A DNA stretch of 63,801 bases, filler included, from Olpidium bornovanus S191 (taxonomy: Eukaryota; Fungi; Olpidiomycota), in assembly GCA_017911155.1 (NCBI GenBank). It is 28 parts of 28 records of this genome, joined end to end, with 100 filler letters (N's around TTAATTAATTAA, not from the genome) between each part and the next. Parts side by side here need not be neighbours in the genome. Positions count along the whole stretch, not along the records: positions 23,294 to 26,206 come from JAEFCI010005663.1; positions 26,307 to 28,018 come from JAEFCI010005574.1; positions 28,119 to 29,466 come from JAEFCI010012593.1; positions 29,567 to 30,580 come from JAEFCI010011018.1; positions 30,681 to 32,323 come from JAEFCI010009435.1; positions 32,424 to 33,783 come from JAEFCI010009399.1; positions 33,884 to 35,012 come from JAEFCI010007494.1; positions 35,113 to 37,441 come from JAEFCI010005347.1; 20 more parts are not named here. One strand, 5' to 3'. Of the stretch, positions 23,387-36,679 are shown piece after piece. Under the pieces are notes generated by a model. That model did no database searches. It saw nothing but the letters and a program-made list of their open reading frames with translations, and was not told where the DNA came from. Position 1 is the first letter of the stretch. The number at the start of each line of letters is the position of its first letter. The translations under genes and the position numbers were made by a program.

Positions 23387-24371
23387 GGAGACGGATGATT
23401 TTTAGCCTCTGGTGCGTTTTTGACGGGCGGCGACGGTTCGCCGGTCGAAGCGGAGATGTGTGGGGGTGGTCCTCTCAATTACTTTATTTTTGTTTCTTCC
23501 GCCGGCTGTTCTAAGTCTCTCCCCCCCCCTTTTCCCTACCCTCCTCTCTTCTCCACATCTTTTTTTTTTCTTTCTCTTTCTCGCGTGTCTCTCGCGCGGC
23601 GTCGGCGCGGTTGTCGCGTCGCGCGCGCGCGCATGCTTTTTTTTTGGCAAAAAAAACTTGGTACGTAGCACCGAAAAGGGGGGGGGGGGAAGAAGGGGGA
23701 ATTCCCGAGCGCGGCAACGCCGAAAATGGGGGAGGGTGGACGACGACGGTCGCGAGTTTCGGAGGAAACTTCCTTGTCTCTGTTCTTTCTGTTGTCGCGC
23801 GCAACTGGACGAAGCGCACGAACGCGGGAGGCCCGGGAAGGGAGAGGAGCGTGGCGCGAGCGGCCGTCGGAGCACGCGTTTCTGGTTTGTTTTTTTTTCT
23901 TCTTCTTTTTTTTTTCCTTTTGTTTTAAAGCGGCTGGTGCTTTTTGTCTCCGTTTGTACCGCCCCGTTCACTTTGGGGGAAGAGGGTGCGGGAGGCGCCG
24001 GGGAAGGATGACGCTGGCGCGCGCTTCTCCAACCCCCGCCGGTCGCGTCGTTTCCTGCGTCATCAAACAATTGATAATAAAAATTTCCGCCGGCCGCTGC
24101 GCCGCGCGTCGATCTCGCTCCTCCGATTGGCTGACGCCGCGCGCCCCTCCCTTCCCTTACCTTCCCCACGCCGCCCGAGCCCGCGCGCGCGACGAACAAA
24201 AAAGCCAAAAAAAAAAATCTTCTTTGCGCGCGCCCGCGGTGGAGGAGGGAGACGCGGGATGGGGAACGGGGGTGGTGAGGTGTAAGAGGAGGGAGGGGAA
24301 GAGCGGGTTCCTGTTTTACTTTAATTTTATTTCATTTATATCCTTTTGGGCAGTATTTTATTTCCGGGGCT

Positions 24372-25744
24372 TCAACAGCTGTCGTCGCCGTCGTCTGGCG
24401 CGGTCCACCCGTTCGTCGCGGCCCGCTCGAGCGCCTTGACGCACGCGAACACGAGCCTGGACCAGGGCATCGCCGCAGTCGCCGCGGGCAGGACGGATGT
24501 GGAGCCGCGGCGGGCGGCGGCGCCCATGGCGATGGCTTCGCCGAGGATGGCGTCGATCTCGGTGACGGCGGACGAGCCCGGGGCGCGCCGGTGGACGTCC
24601 TGGTACATGGACGAGAAGTTCCGGCTCGTCCTGGCGCACACCGCCTTGGCTTCTTCGACGAGGGCCTCGCCGCTGAGGAGCGCGGCGGGCACGGGCCGCG
24701 ACGACGCGGCGGCAGCGGCGGCGCCCCGCACGTCGGCTGAGAACTTGGCTGCTTGGCGGGGGAGGCGGGGGGAAAACGTCAGGACGGAAAAAAAAAAAAA
24801 AAAAAAAAAAAAATAAATTCGGCTACACGAAAGTCCCGCGGACACAAAAACGCGGGCGGGCTCAACGGTTGCCTCGGTAAGTCCTAAAGGGGAAAAAAAA
24901 AAGACGAACCGCGCAAGACGGGCGCGACTTCGGCCGCGACCCTCCTCATCAGGAACCTCCCGGCCGCGCTGCGCACCAGGTCCCCGTTGCGGACTCTCAG
25001 CAGGGCGGTGAGCGGGTTGACGCAGCAGTTAACCGCCAGCTTCGCAAGCAGCAGGGCGTGCATTTCCTCGGGGTCACACGGCCCGGCGCCGGCGCCCAGG
25101 GGATCCCGCAACGCCGCGTAGAGCTCGGCGACGGCGTCCGCCGCGGCGCCGGAGGAGGAGGAAGAGGAGGAGGAGGAGGAGGCGTCCGTCCCGAGCGGGA
25201 GTCCGAACCGCATGGTCCCCGCGCCCGCGTGGACGACCTCCCGCGGCCCGCGGCGGTAGCAGCCGTGGGTGGTCGTGCCGAGGACGAACTGCGGGGCGGC
25301 GTCGCGAGGGGACGGCGGCGCCGGCGGCGCCTGCCCGTAAAACCGGGCCAGGACGGCCTCGCGGAGGCCCCACCCGTTGGTGAGCAGAACAACCGCCGCC
25401 GACGCCCCCGGGGCGAGCCGCCCGCGCACGCGAGAGAACGCGTCCAGCGCCTGCGGCGCCTTCGTCGTGACGAGGAGTCGGGTGATCGGGGCGGACGCGG
25501 GCGCGGGCGAGGCGGCTGCAAGCTGCTCGGCGTCGACGGTGATGCGCAACGGCGTATCCCCGCCGCTTCCGCCGGCCGCCGCCGCGATTACGGTCAGACT
25601 GACCTCGCGCGGCGGCGCCGGCGGCCCGCGCAACAGCAGGGTGACAGGGTGCCCCGCGCGCCGCAGGTGGAACGCCACCAAGCCGCCGATCGCGCCCGGG
25701 CCAAGGACGTACCACCGGCTGGCGGCGGCGGCGGGGCCCGCCAT
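24372..25744 (-). CDS. PAN5: 2-dehydropantoate 2-reductase (ketopantoate reductase), 2 exons
   Basis: VLGPGAIGG (Rossmann fold), VTTKA, LLTNGWG, KLAVNCCVNPLTALL (catalytic Lys), SSMYQDV and TEID (catalytic Glu). Intron at about 24760-24915. Confidence 0.93.
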
Positions 25745-26083
25745 ACCGCGGGAGAGAGAGAGGAGAGGGGAGGGAAGTGGGTGCGGGGGGTGTGTACGTG
25801 TGTGGGCCGCCCCCCCCCGCGCTGCCGGGTGGGGGGGAAGGGAGGTGCGACCACCCGCAACGCGCCGTCACCGTCCTCGCGCGGGGCGCGGCACCTCCGC
25901 GGGGAGGAAGAAATGGGTGGTGGCGGTTCAAACGGTCGCCGCTCTTCCTTCTTCGTCCTGAACGGCGCTGCCGCGGGCCGCGCGGTTTAGGCGCTGGTAA
26001 ATCCCGGCGCAATTTCTATCTCTCTCTGTCTCTCGCCCGTTAACCTGCCCGGCGAAAGGTAGTGAACAAAGACTGCGATACCG

Positions 26084-26119
<36 letters not shown>

Positions 26120-26306
26120 CCCCGGCACGCCACTCGTGCGGCATATTCTCACTCTCTTCGTCGACGAGTCGACGAGCTGACCCGGTGCGGTCCTTTGTCC
26201 GGCGGGNNNNNNNNNNNNNNNNNNNNNNNNNNNNNNNNNNNNNNNNNNNNTTAATTAATTAANNNNNNNNNNNNNNNNNNNNNNNNNNNNNNNNNNNNNN
26301 NNNNNN

Positions 26307-27661
26307 ATCATGATGAGGGCGTATCTTTCTGGCACGCCCGAGTGCAAGTTCGGTTTGAACGACAAAGTTCTTCTTGAGCGCGAGCCGAAATCCAGGTAAC
26401 TTCGTGTCATCGAACGGGAATAGGTCAGCTTGTCGTCCGGAAGCGTCTCTCAAAAGAGGCCGCTACCACTGTCGGGCCGTCACACCTTGTCTCTCAGCAG
26501 TACGCGCAAGAGAACCAACGCGGTCGAGATAGACGACTGCCAGTTTCACCAATGCGTGAAGCTGGGCCGGTTCGACTCAGACCGAACCATCTCGTTCATT
26601 CCGCCCGACGGGGAGTTCGAGATGATGCGCTATCGGACAACCGAGAACGTCAACTTACCTTTTCGCGTCCACCCCGTCGTCAACGAAATTGGCAAGACGC
26701 GTGTGGAGTACAAGGTCCTTATCAAGGCCAGCTTCTCGTCGAAGCTGTACGCCAATAACGTGGTGGTCAAGATCCCGACGCCTCTCAACACCGCCAACAC
26801 CGACATCCGTGTCGGCGCCGGCAAAGCGAAATACGTTCCCGCCGAGAACGCGATTGTTTGGAAGTGGGTACAATCGGCGGACCGCGTGTTTGGACAAGTT
26901 TTAGCGGTCGGCTCCACGGCCGTTTCCGCCGCGACTTTGTAGTGCGCTTATATTGGGCTCCGAATTTAAAAACCGGCTTCCGACGCAGAATCGCGAGGTT
27001 CCAAGGCAACACCGAGTGCAGCTTGAGCGCCGAAGCGGAATTGTCGTCGATGACCGTGAAAAAAGCGTGGTCTCGCCCTCCCATTTCGATGGACTTCCAG
27101 GTCAGTTACGCCGAAAGGGGAAGGTTCGGATGCCTCGGTTGCGCCGTGGCAACTGAAAACCGTGCCGTCTGGTGAGGCGTGCGCGCACGCTCAAAGTTTA
27201 GAACCCGTTTTCCTTCCTCTTTTTTTTCGTTCGATGCAGGTGCTGATGTTCACCGCGTCAGGCCTAATGGTGCGGTTCTTGAAGGTTTTCGAAAAGTCTA
27301 ACTACCAATCCATCAAGGTAAATTTGGGCTGCTTCACGCAACCAGTTTCAAGAGTGTTGTAACGTGAATGCTGACTTCCTCCGCGTATTTACTGTTGCTT
27401 CTCGTTCACCGTAGTGGGTCAGGTACGTAGCCGATAGCATTACATTCAAACGGGATTTGGGATGGCTCGGTGACAATCGGGGCCGCCCTGCCGCTTTGTT
27501 TGCATTTAGGTACATGACCAAGGCCGGAGCGTATCAGATTCGGGTGGGTGTAGTTGATTCTGCGATGCGGGGTTACGGGCCATCCCCTGGCTTCCTAGAT
27601 AGTGCTTCCAGCCTTCAGGATGATGTCTGACCCGCCGTTTCTCCGGTTCCCGCAGTTCTGA
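26307..27661 (+). CDS. AP2M1: AP-2 adaptor complex mu subunit, 5'-partial, spliced
   Basis: MRAYLSGTPECKFGLNDK, DDCQFHQCVKLGRFDSDRTISFIPPDGEFEMMRYR, KAWSRPPISMDFQ, VLMFTASGLMVRFLKVFEKSNYQSIK/WVR/YMTKAGAYQIR/F*. Confidence 0.96.
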
Positions 27662-27986
27662 CCAATGTAATCCGCCTCGTAACCGGAAGCTGCCCCGCGC
27701 CGCGTCTCCCCATCTATAAATTATTTCATCCGGGTCCGTATCCGATGTGCATCTCTCTCGCCACGGTGGCGTGCCGCGGTTTGGGGCCCGGTCGGACCGG
27801 CTGTCCCCGCCTGTGCGAACCGTTATTTTCCGGGCCCCGAGAATTGGATTGAGAAATCTCCCCTCGACGGACGCGGCAACTTGAAGGGAGAAGGCGTCAA
27901 CTCGCCGCGGACGAGGATCCGCGTGTGCGCGAAGGGAAGGCCGAAAGTTGCGGCGGGGGGGGGGGGGGGGGGGGGGGGGGGGGAAG

Positions 27987-28017
<31 letters not shown>

Positions 28018-28123
28018 GNNNNNNNNNNNNNNNNNNNNNNNNNNNNNNNNNNNNNNNNNNNNTTAATTAATTAANNNNNNNNNNNNNNNNNNNNNNNNNN
28101 NNNNNNNNNNNNNNNNNNAAGCG

Positions 28124-28183
<60 letters not shown>

Positions 28184-29566
28184 GGGGGGCGGGGGGGGGG
28201 GGGGAAAAAAGGGGGGAAGGGCCCCCCCCCCCCCCACTCCGCCCCCCACCTTTTATACGAACTCTTTTCTCTTGTTACTTTTTGCCTCGTCCGGAACGCT
28301 GCGGAGCGGGGCAGGGCGGGCTCCGCTTCACGTTCACGCCCGTTCCCCCTTTCCCCGCCGCACCCCCTGAGTCCCTTGCCCCTTCCCCTTCCGGGGCCCG
28401 CCCGCTGCCCACCGCAACCCCTGGATCGACAGGCGACTCGAGTATCTACGAAGCTCGCCACGCCCTTCCTTTTCCCCTCATTCAGGATCGCAAACACGGA
28501 ACGGGGAGGAAGGGAAGAGGGGGGGGGGGAGGGGAAGGGGGAGGGAGGGGAGAGGGGGAGGGAGGGGAGAGGGGGGAAGAGGGGAGGGATGGGAGTGCGA
28601 CGGGGGTTTCCCGGGGCAACGGAGTGCGGGAACAATGAGAAAAGGCGCGAATGGCCGACAGAAAGGGGGAGGGGGGGGGCCGTTCGGAGAATTTTGTCGG
28701 AAAATAAGGGGGGGAGGGGGGCAAGAAAAAGGGGTAGAGAAGAGAAGAGAGAGGAGAGAGGAGGATGGGCTGGTGACGCCCGAGATTAGGGGCCGACGAA
28801 AGGTGGGGGGAAAATCGAAGACGTCCGACGCCCCGGTTGGGCTAAGACGAATTTGCGCTCGAAGCCCGCGGAACTGGAAAAAGGAGGAGGGGCGGGGGAA
28901 TGGGCGCTGAGTTTTGGAGCCCGACGAAAAGGGGGGAGGGGGGGGGGCAGTCGAAGACGCGACCCGGTTGGGCTGAGACGGTTTTTGTATTTCAGTTCCG
29001 CGGAACTTGGCGGAAGCAGAAAAGTTTGAGCACGGTATTATTTAGGTTGTTCTTTCCCACGGCCCGTTTTTACATCCACGCGTCGCACTCTTTTTGTTCG
29101 TCCCGTCGGAATGCGGGCCAGTACCTTTTTTTTTTTTTTTTTTTTTTTTTTGCAGCCTCTTTCTGACCCGAGCAAGTAGCGCTCGTTTCGTAACAGCAAC
29201 ACGCCGCCGGGCACAACCGTTTCGTATCAAGCCGCTTCCCGATTCAGGCGGCGATCATCTTTTTTTTTTTTTCTTCCGTCGGCTCCTGTACGCCCAGGGA
29301 TTTGCGGCGGTTTACTTGGTGATCGTCTCTTCAGGGCAAACACTGCGCCCGCGAAACCGGCCGCAGGCCAGGCGACAGGGAACGGACAAAAAACGCCGTG
29401 AAAATTTTGGTTTCGTACCGATTGCGTGAGTGCCCCTGTTTTGTAAACTCTCCGACCGGAGCGGGGNNNNNNNNNNNNNNNNNNNNNNNNNNNNNNNNNN
29501 NNNNNNNNNNTTAATTAATTAANNNNNNNNNNNNNNNNNNNNNNNNNNNNNNNNNNNNNNNNNNNN

Positions 29567-30395
29567 CATGTTGGGAAACACGTTCGACTTGGGCTTTTGT
29601 TTTTTGACAACCTTTTTGTTCGACTTCGTCGACGGCCCGAGGGCGTTGCCGACCGCCAACTCCTCGTCGGCGGCTGGCGGGGTGAGTCCCCGCGTGACAG
29701 AACGATCGGGACAGACGAGGAGCCGCAACGACGGCGCGAAAGAAAACGGGAAAGTGAGAGAAAGAGAGGTACCGCGTCAGGAAAAGGTAAACTCCCGGAA
29801 GGGGTAGCGGGAAGGGGGGGAAGGGGCCGCCGATGGGTTTTTCTCAGACATACAAAAAAAGTACGCACCCGCCGACCCCGCCACCGCCCCCTCGTCGACT
29901 TCCATCGCCGTTGCCGCGGGGGCGGCCGCCCCGCCGCCGTCCGCGAAAGAGGCCGAACCACCATTTCCCTCCGCGGCGGCTCCGGCAGCGGCGGCCGGCT
30001 CCTCCTTTTCTTCCGGCGGCGGCTGCCTCTGGGCGGTGCCGACGTGGTCCGGGCCGTCGGCGGTCGCGGCCTGCAGAGCGGCGAGCCGCTGCAACCGCTC
30101 GTCCTCGTCCTTCCGCCAAAGGCCCTCCGCCCGCTTCCGCCGCCGCGCGGCGCGCTTCTGCTTTGACCTGGAGGGGAAAAATTAAAAGAAAAAAGAAAAA
30201 AAGAAACGGGAAAAGTGGGTGGGGGGGGCGGGAAACGGAAGGAAAGAACGCGCATCGTCGTCAGGGACACGTCGCAGGCCCGCAAAAGGCCGCGAGCTGG
30301 GAAAGGGGCGGTGAGAGGGGGGAAAGAGGCGTCGCACGCGCGGCGTGTTTCGCGAGCGAGCGCCCGGCGTTGTCATACCTCAACCCCTTGGCCAT
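29567..30395 (-). CDS. DUF2423/YBL028C-like basic nucleolar protein (3'-partial)
   Basis: Spliced N-terminus MAKGLR/SKQKRAARRRKRAEGLWRKDEDERLQRLAALQ resembles the MAKSLRSK..KR..EDARLQRL family. Last exon is Lys-rich. Confidence 0.7.
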
Positions 30396-30469
30396 TTTGG
30401 GTGGGGCGGGGGGGGGAAAGGGAAGAAGGGGATTTTGCTGCGTTTGTTTCGCGCCACCCTGCCTTTTCC

Positions 30470-30511
<42 letters not shown>

Positions 30512-31573
30512 TATTGACGACGAGACTCTCTTTTCTCTTTTCTCTCACGGAGGGGACAAAAAGAAAAAAACAACAAAAAANNNNNNNNNNNNNNNNNNNN
30601 NNNNNNNNNNNNNNNNNNNNNNNNTTAATTAATTAANNNNNNNNNNNNNNNNNNNNNNNNNNNNNNNNNNNNNNNNNNNNATTTATTCTGAGAGGCATCT
30701 GGCCAACGATGTCTGAATTTTTTTCTCTGCAGGTGCATAGGGGGTAATTGACGGAGAATGCGGCAAACGTGTCTGTTTAGCAAGTGCGCATCCGTCGCAT
30801 GGGTTACCATGCCACGGAAGCCGCGGACAAGTGCGGAGACACGGTAAAAACTGGAATACGAGAAATGGCAAAAACGTTGATGTCGCTGCTCTGCGGTTGT
30901 ACGGTACACCTGCGCAAATGCACTGTGGGCGTCGGGTTTTCACTCTTTTTTATTATCCCTGTGGTCGTTGGTCAATGTTGACGAAAGCCAACTTTTTTAG
31001 GCGGAGAGCGCGCGCAGGAATTGACGGGGCCGTCCTTGGCGGAGAGCACGCGCCGCGAAAAAGGAGAGCGCGCGGCGGAGGGTTAAAACGTTGGATGGGG
31101 CCGTCCTTGGAGGGCGCGCACTCGCCTTTTCTCGGTTTTAGAGGAAGCCTTGTGCTCATAACCTGACGGTTTCCGCCCTTCTTCCTGCGTTCGGCAAAAG
31201 CCGCTTATTTACGTGCAGCGGAATATTCGAGATTTAACAAAACAAACACACACGACGCACCCGATGCTCACCAGATACAGAATCAGGTAAGCTTGAGAAT
31301 CTTGTTTGAGATTATATGTTTCGGAGTCTGTAGGTTTTTGGTTCTGTAGAAATTTACAGGACGAATGAGAGGGGAAAAGGGGGCGGGCGGGCGGTTTCGA
31401 CCCCCGGCGGGAACGGCAGGGGGAAGGGCGTGTGAAACGCCGCCTCTCTCCTCATCACCGAAATTAATACATTTTTCAGTCCGGCGCATCGGTCCCGTCC
31501 GGCTCCTCCAGACCTCCGGACGATCCTACTCCATCCGCCCGAGACGCGTTGCCCTTCCTCGCCTTCTCCCAAA

Positions 31574-32152
31574 ATGGCCGCAACCGTACCCGAGCTCGGC
31601 GACTTCCCCGCCGTCGACGTCGTGCCTGCCGAGGACGACGCCTGGCCCCCTCCCAAAAGCGCCGCCACGCGGACCTCGCTCTCCCAGCTCTGTCATGATC
31701 TCGATCTCGACCTGGCCGCGGCCCGTGAGCGCGCAGCTAAGATTCTGAACAAGGATAAGCGCGAATTCGCACCCGACGGCTCCACGCTCATGACCGTGAC
31801 TTACATCAAGCAGCTTTGCAAGGAGCAGAAGCTGTACCAGACTGCGGCCTTGAACGACAAACTGTACCTGCACTTCAAAGGTCAGGTAGAGGTCGCCGAG
31901 CGAGTGCCCGCGGAAAAAAAGAGAAAAAAAAAAAAAAAAAAAAAAAAAAATCCATTTCAGGCGTCGTCGTAGATTTAGGCCTTGATTTGCCATCGCTTCC
32001 CATGGCGCGCGCGTGCGACGGCGATCTGATATGCACCCCGCGTGCTGGGGCTTTGGTCACAGGGTTTTCGAAAATCGAAAACCTGGAAGAGTATACTGGG
32101 CTGCGCGCATTGTGGTTGGAAGGCAACGGCATCGGCAAGATAGAGAACTTGG
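31574..32152 (+). CDS. DNAAF1: Dynein axonemal assembly factor 1 (LRRC50/ODA7), N-terminal exons
   Basis: [31 protein letters not shown] / [29 protein letters not shown]. Intron 31881-32062. Confidence 0.95.
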
Positions 32153-32477
32153 GTACGCGCACACAGCAGATTTTTCCGCGGCGCGCGCACGCGCTTGAAA
32201 TTGCCGGAAGCAGACGAGCAACATCCCAACTCGGGGGGGTCTTTTTGGCCAACCACCGTTTGCAGAATCGTGCTCGGAATTGCGGTGCCTGTGAGTGCAA
32301 CACCGGCGGCCTTTCGACCATGANNNNNNNNNNNNNNNNNNNNNNNNNNNNNNNNNNNNNNNNNNNNTTAATTAATTAANNNNNNNNNNNNNNNNNNNNN
32401 NNNNNNNNNNNNNNNNNNNNNNNCATGTCACTCTTGCCTCGGGTATAAATGGCGAGTCCAATCCTTTCTCTTTTCCC

Positions 32478-32699
32478 TTGTCGCTCTTCTCGGTTTTCAG
32501 TCGCGGAATGGAGGCCGAGGAGGGTGGCCCCTTTTCCGATCCTGCCGCGCCTCCCCTCGCGGCTGTCCAACTCAATGCTGCGTCGCGCGTGATTTACGAG
32601 GCTTTCTGGAAGAATCGAACAAGGACATACGAGCGTCTTCACGCTAAGCTGGAGCGCTACAGCCGTCCCGGCACGCACATCACCCCGGTGTTGTACTAG
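32478..32699 (+). CDS. Possible terminal exon of an unidentified gene
   Basis: ..LNAASRVIYEAFWKNRTRTYERLHAKLERYSRPGTHITPVLY* follows a pyrimidine tract and AG and has protein-like composition. No family recognised. Confidence 0.3.
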   Translation: MSLFSVFSRGMEAEEGGPFSDPAAPPLAAVQLNAASRVIYEAFWKNRTRTYERLHAKLERYSRPGTHITPVLY

Positions 32700-33890
32700 A
32701 ATTGTACTTTAATTAGAAGGCGGAGTCAGCCGCTAAATCCCAGGGCTTCTCCAAGGCAGAAACCAAACAATCCGATAGGGACAAACGCGGTTCCAATTCT
32801 CTTTTTCTCTCTGTTTTTTCTCTCTCTCTCTCTCTGCTCGAGCGCCCCGGGCGGTCCGCCAGTACTGCTCTACTGCGTGCGTTCGGGTGTCGATGCGTCT
32901 CTACATTACGGGGTGGAGTGCGGGGCCCGCCCTCTCTCCCAACGCATTTCCCCCATCCCCCGGACGCGTTTAAATGTCCCCTGCACCCAACGCGTCACTC
33001 CCCGCTGCCGCCAGCGGTCCCCTCAGCATTTTGCCTCGCCTCCTTGTTAATTCGACAAACTTATGCGCTTCCTCGTCAATGCCCCATCATTCGTTTGTCC
33101 GTAGTACGCCGCTCGTTCCGCCTAACGTTGTGGAAATTCTTCCACATCCGCCCTCCCGTACAAGAGGTTCAACTTGTTTTAGAACTGATTGCGCGGTCTC
33201 CTGCAAGAATTTCGGTCCTTTCTCGCGCTCGTCCCGTCTTCCGTCACGAAAACGTCACGTGACTCCATCCCGTGTGTTGTGACGCCTCCCCCAGCCCTTC
33301 TCGCAAAAAGCTTCCGCGACGCCACACTTTTTCGCGCTCGTCCCTCCTCGTTCTGAGTTCCCGTCGGCTTGCACCTTTCGCAAAATTAAGCTTCGTGGCG
33401 CCGCCCTTCCTCGTCCTTTTTTCCCCCCCCCCCCCCGAGTTTTTCGCGTTCTTTTCTCTTGTATTGTGTGAATTTTTGTGGGAGTTACGAGAAAAATATG
33501 AAGAGTGAAGGTGGGATGTATCTGTGGTCACGTGACTTATTTATCTTCCATGACACGCCCTCTTGCCGGGACTATGCAACTTATATGGGAACTGGATTGG
33601 GAATAAATAGTGCCGGCAAATCAAAGGATAAATCGAGACTCAGGGTGTGATGATAATGACTCCATGTAACAGAAGTAGGAAAAACGAGGTAGGTCAGAGA
33701 GAAGACGAAGAAAATAAAATAAGGAAAAGGTCTCATAAATTTTATAAAACAGTTTATTCACCGGCGACTCGAGCCCGCGTGGANNNNNNNNNNNNNNNNN
33801 NNNNNNNNNNNNNNNNNNNNNNNNNNNTTAATTAATTAANNNNNNNNNNNNNNNNNNNNNNNNNNNNNNNNNNNNNNNNNNNNCTCGGCT

Positions 33891-33935
<45 letters not shown>

Positions 33936-33958
33936 CGGGGGGCGGGGGGGCGGGGGGG

Positions 33959-34008
<50 letters not shown>

Positions 34009-34320
34009 GTCGTCACTGCCGTGTGCGTGGCTGCCGCCGTCTGTTCGCGCATTTGACGCTGGATGCATTCCACGACTGTCACAAGGTTTTGCTTCCTGCC
34101 CTCGATGAGGGTAGCGGAGGTGACCACGTGGGGTTGTCCGTCTCGCATGGTTCCCGAAACACGAGTAAGGAGGTGTACGTGAGTGCCTCGTCGGCCTGGA
34201 TATGTGGGGAGGCGGGGCAGAGAAGACAGAGAGCAAAAACTTGCCGGCAGCCCTGTGGCCTTGGCGAAGGCTAACGGGGGAAATCAGAAAAAAGGCGTCG
34301 TGTTGTCCGTTCTGTTGTCT

Positions 34321-34492
34321 GTTCCATTTGGATGGGAGGGCGGATCGGTCGTCGCGCCTCCGTTCGTCGCGTTGGTCTTCGCGTCGTCCGTTTCGTTGCG
34401 TGGCTCCGTTGTTCCGTTTGGATGGGGGGCCAGTTCTGTCGTCGCGCCTCCGTTCGTCGTGTGTTGGTCCCCGCGTCGTCCTCTACATCCCC
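34321..34492. repeat. Imperfect ~90-bp tandem duplication
   Basis: gttcc(a/g)tttggatggg..gtcgtcgcgcctccgttcgtcg..gttggtc..cgcgtcgtcc begins at 34321 and again at 34411. Confidence 0.85.
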
Positions 34493-35112
34493 GTCATTCC
34501 AAAGAACAATCGTAATGTGGCGGGCCACCGAGAAAGACCGCAGAATGGGGGGTTCAAGGCGGGTTCTTTTCTTAAGCACGAAGACGATTGTTCAGTTTGG
34601 AGCTCGCGGAAAGATGCGAGATAATCGTTGGGTAGGGGAGATGCCGGTGGTGTGTTCTGTTCACCAGTCGTCGGTGCCGGTGGGTGTCCTGTTTATCAGT
34701 CGTCGGTGCCGGTGGGGTGTTCTCTTTTACCGAGGGCGGCGGCAGCGCCGGTGACAGGGGTAGCGCTATTTCTGGGGGGGTTAGCACAGCCGGCGAGTTG
34801 AGCACCACCTGAGACAACACCCCGGTGGCATAGTCCGCCACTCTGGACCACAAAACGGCGGCACAGTCCGCCGCCGGCGGCACAGCCCGTGACATGCCGA
34901 GCTTCTCTCGGGATCCCTCAAACTTGAGGTGGTCCAGCGGCTTGGCGCAGATATCCGTGTCATTTTCTGCTGAACTGGCCCCTTCGATAGTGATGGCCTT
35001 GTCGGCATTGCANNNNNNNNNNNNNNNNNNNNNNNNNNNNNNNNNNNNNNNNNNNNTTAATTAATTAANNNNNNNNNNNNNNNNNNNNNNNNNNNNNNNN
35101 NNNNNNNNNNNN

Positions 35113-35186
<74 letters not shown>

Positions 35187-36324
35187 CCCCCGGCCCCCCC
35201 CCCCCCCCCCCCCTTCCCGACGTGCGGCACGAAAAATATGCCGGGCCGCCGCTCGATCTGCGCGGGGCGGGTGGGATCACCCACCCGGGCTGGCGGGGCC
35301 CGGAAGGGGAAACGGCGGTGGGAGATCGGAAGGGAAGGAGGGGGGGGGGGGAAGGTGGTCAGCGCGGAAAAAATGTTTCCACACAGCGCCCTTCTCTCTC
35401 CGACTCTCGCGCACACCCCCCGGCTTTCCCCTTCCCCTTCCTCCCAATCTTCCGCGCAGAGGCCGGTCGGGGGAAGGGGGAGGGGGGAGGGGGGTGCTCC
35501 GCACAAAACGCCGGGTCGCTCGCGCCCGCCCGCGACCCACCACCGTGCGCCCAGGAAGGGGAGAGTCGGCTCAAAAACCGAGGGGAGGGGATGTCCCGGC
35601 GCGGCGAAGCGGCTGCAAATTTTGGAACGCGGCGGGGCTGTGTTCCTTGTTTCTGACGTTTCGGCGGCCGGGAAGCGGCACGATCGTGCGGCGTCGGGGG
35701 GAGTGTGTTGGGATGAGGAGCAAAGAGGGGGGGGGCTGGGGCGTTCGCACGCCGCGAGATTACCGACCTCCCCACTCCCGCCCTCTTTCCTCTCCATGGC
35801 AACGGAGACGATTGAAACCCCCCCTTCCCTCCTTCCCACTTTACGTCGGCCCTGGAGGGGAAAGACGGGGTTGCAGAGTGGTTCGCGACGTTGAACACGC
35901 ACATCTCGTCGTTCCCCCCTTCCCCCCCCCCCCCGGCCCGGCCCCCCGTTCCCACGGGAGGGATTCTGCGTGTATGCGGCGGGACGCGTCGCCGGGGTTG
36001 CTCTCCAGCCAGCCCGGGCTCGCGCGAGGAGAGCGCGTTCGCCGGAGGGAGGAAGGAGGAGCAGAGCAGCTTCGTCAGCCTGTCTTTCTTCTCTCAGCCA
36101 ACTACAGCCGACCCACGCAAGCCCCCGCCCCCCGCCAGCCCCCCCCCCCCCCCTCCCCCCCTTTCCCCGCCCCGCAAAACCCCGGAGGACACGCGTTTGC
36201 CGAAAGTCTCGGCCCGAGGGCGGGCGAAAAAAAAAAAGGCGGCAGCGTCCGCGGAAGAACCCCCCCCACCTCGTCTTCGCTAAGCCTCCGGAACCGTCTT
36301 TTTGAGTTTGCGGTCCCGCGCGCG

Positions 36325-36372
<48 letters not shown>

Positions 36373-36376
36373 CCCC

Positions 36377-36431
<55 letters not shown>

Positions 36432-36679
36432 CCCCCCCCCCGTCCGGTTTTTTTTGGTTTTTTTTTTTTTTTTTTTTTTTTGTTTGCCCGTTCCGCCCGA
36501 ACGCGTATACCGCGGGGCGCGTCCGCCCCCGGCCTGAACCGCGTCGTCTCACAACAGCCCGCCGGCGCCTCTTCTTCTCCTTCGCGCCGCGGGACCCGCA
36601 GGACCTTGGTTTTCTTTATTTTATTTTTTTTTTCTCCCCCCGTTCCAGACGCCCCGCGCTCCCTCTTCCCGTCGTGCGC

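Noticed and set aside
24997-26012. Long antisense and alternative-frame ORFs over PAN5 (and similarly over 39388-40769 and 52877-53974)
   Set aside because: Shadow ORFs produced by GC3-rich codon usage of the real gene. No independent homology.
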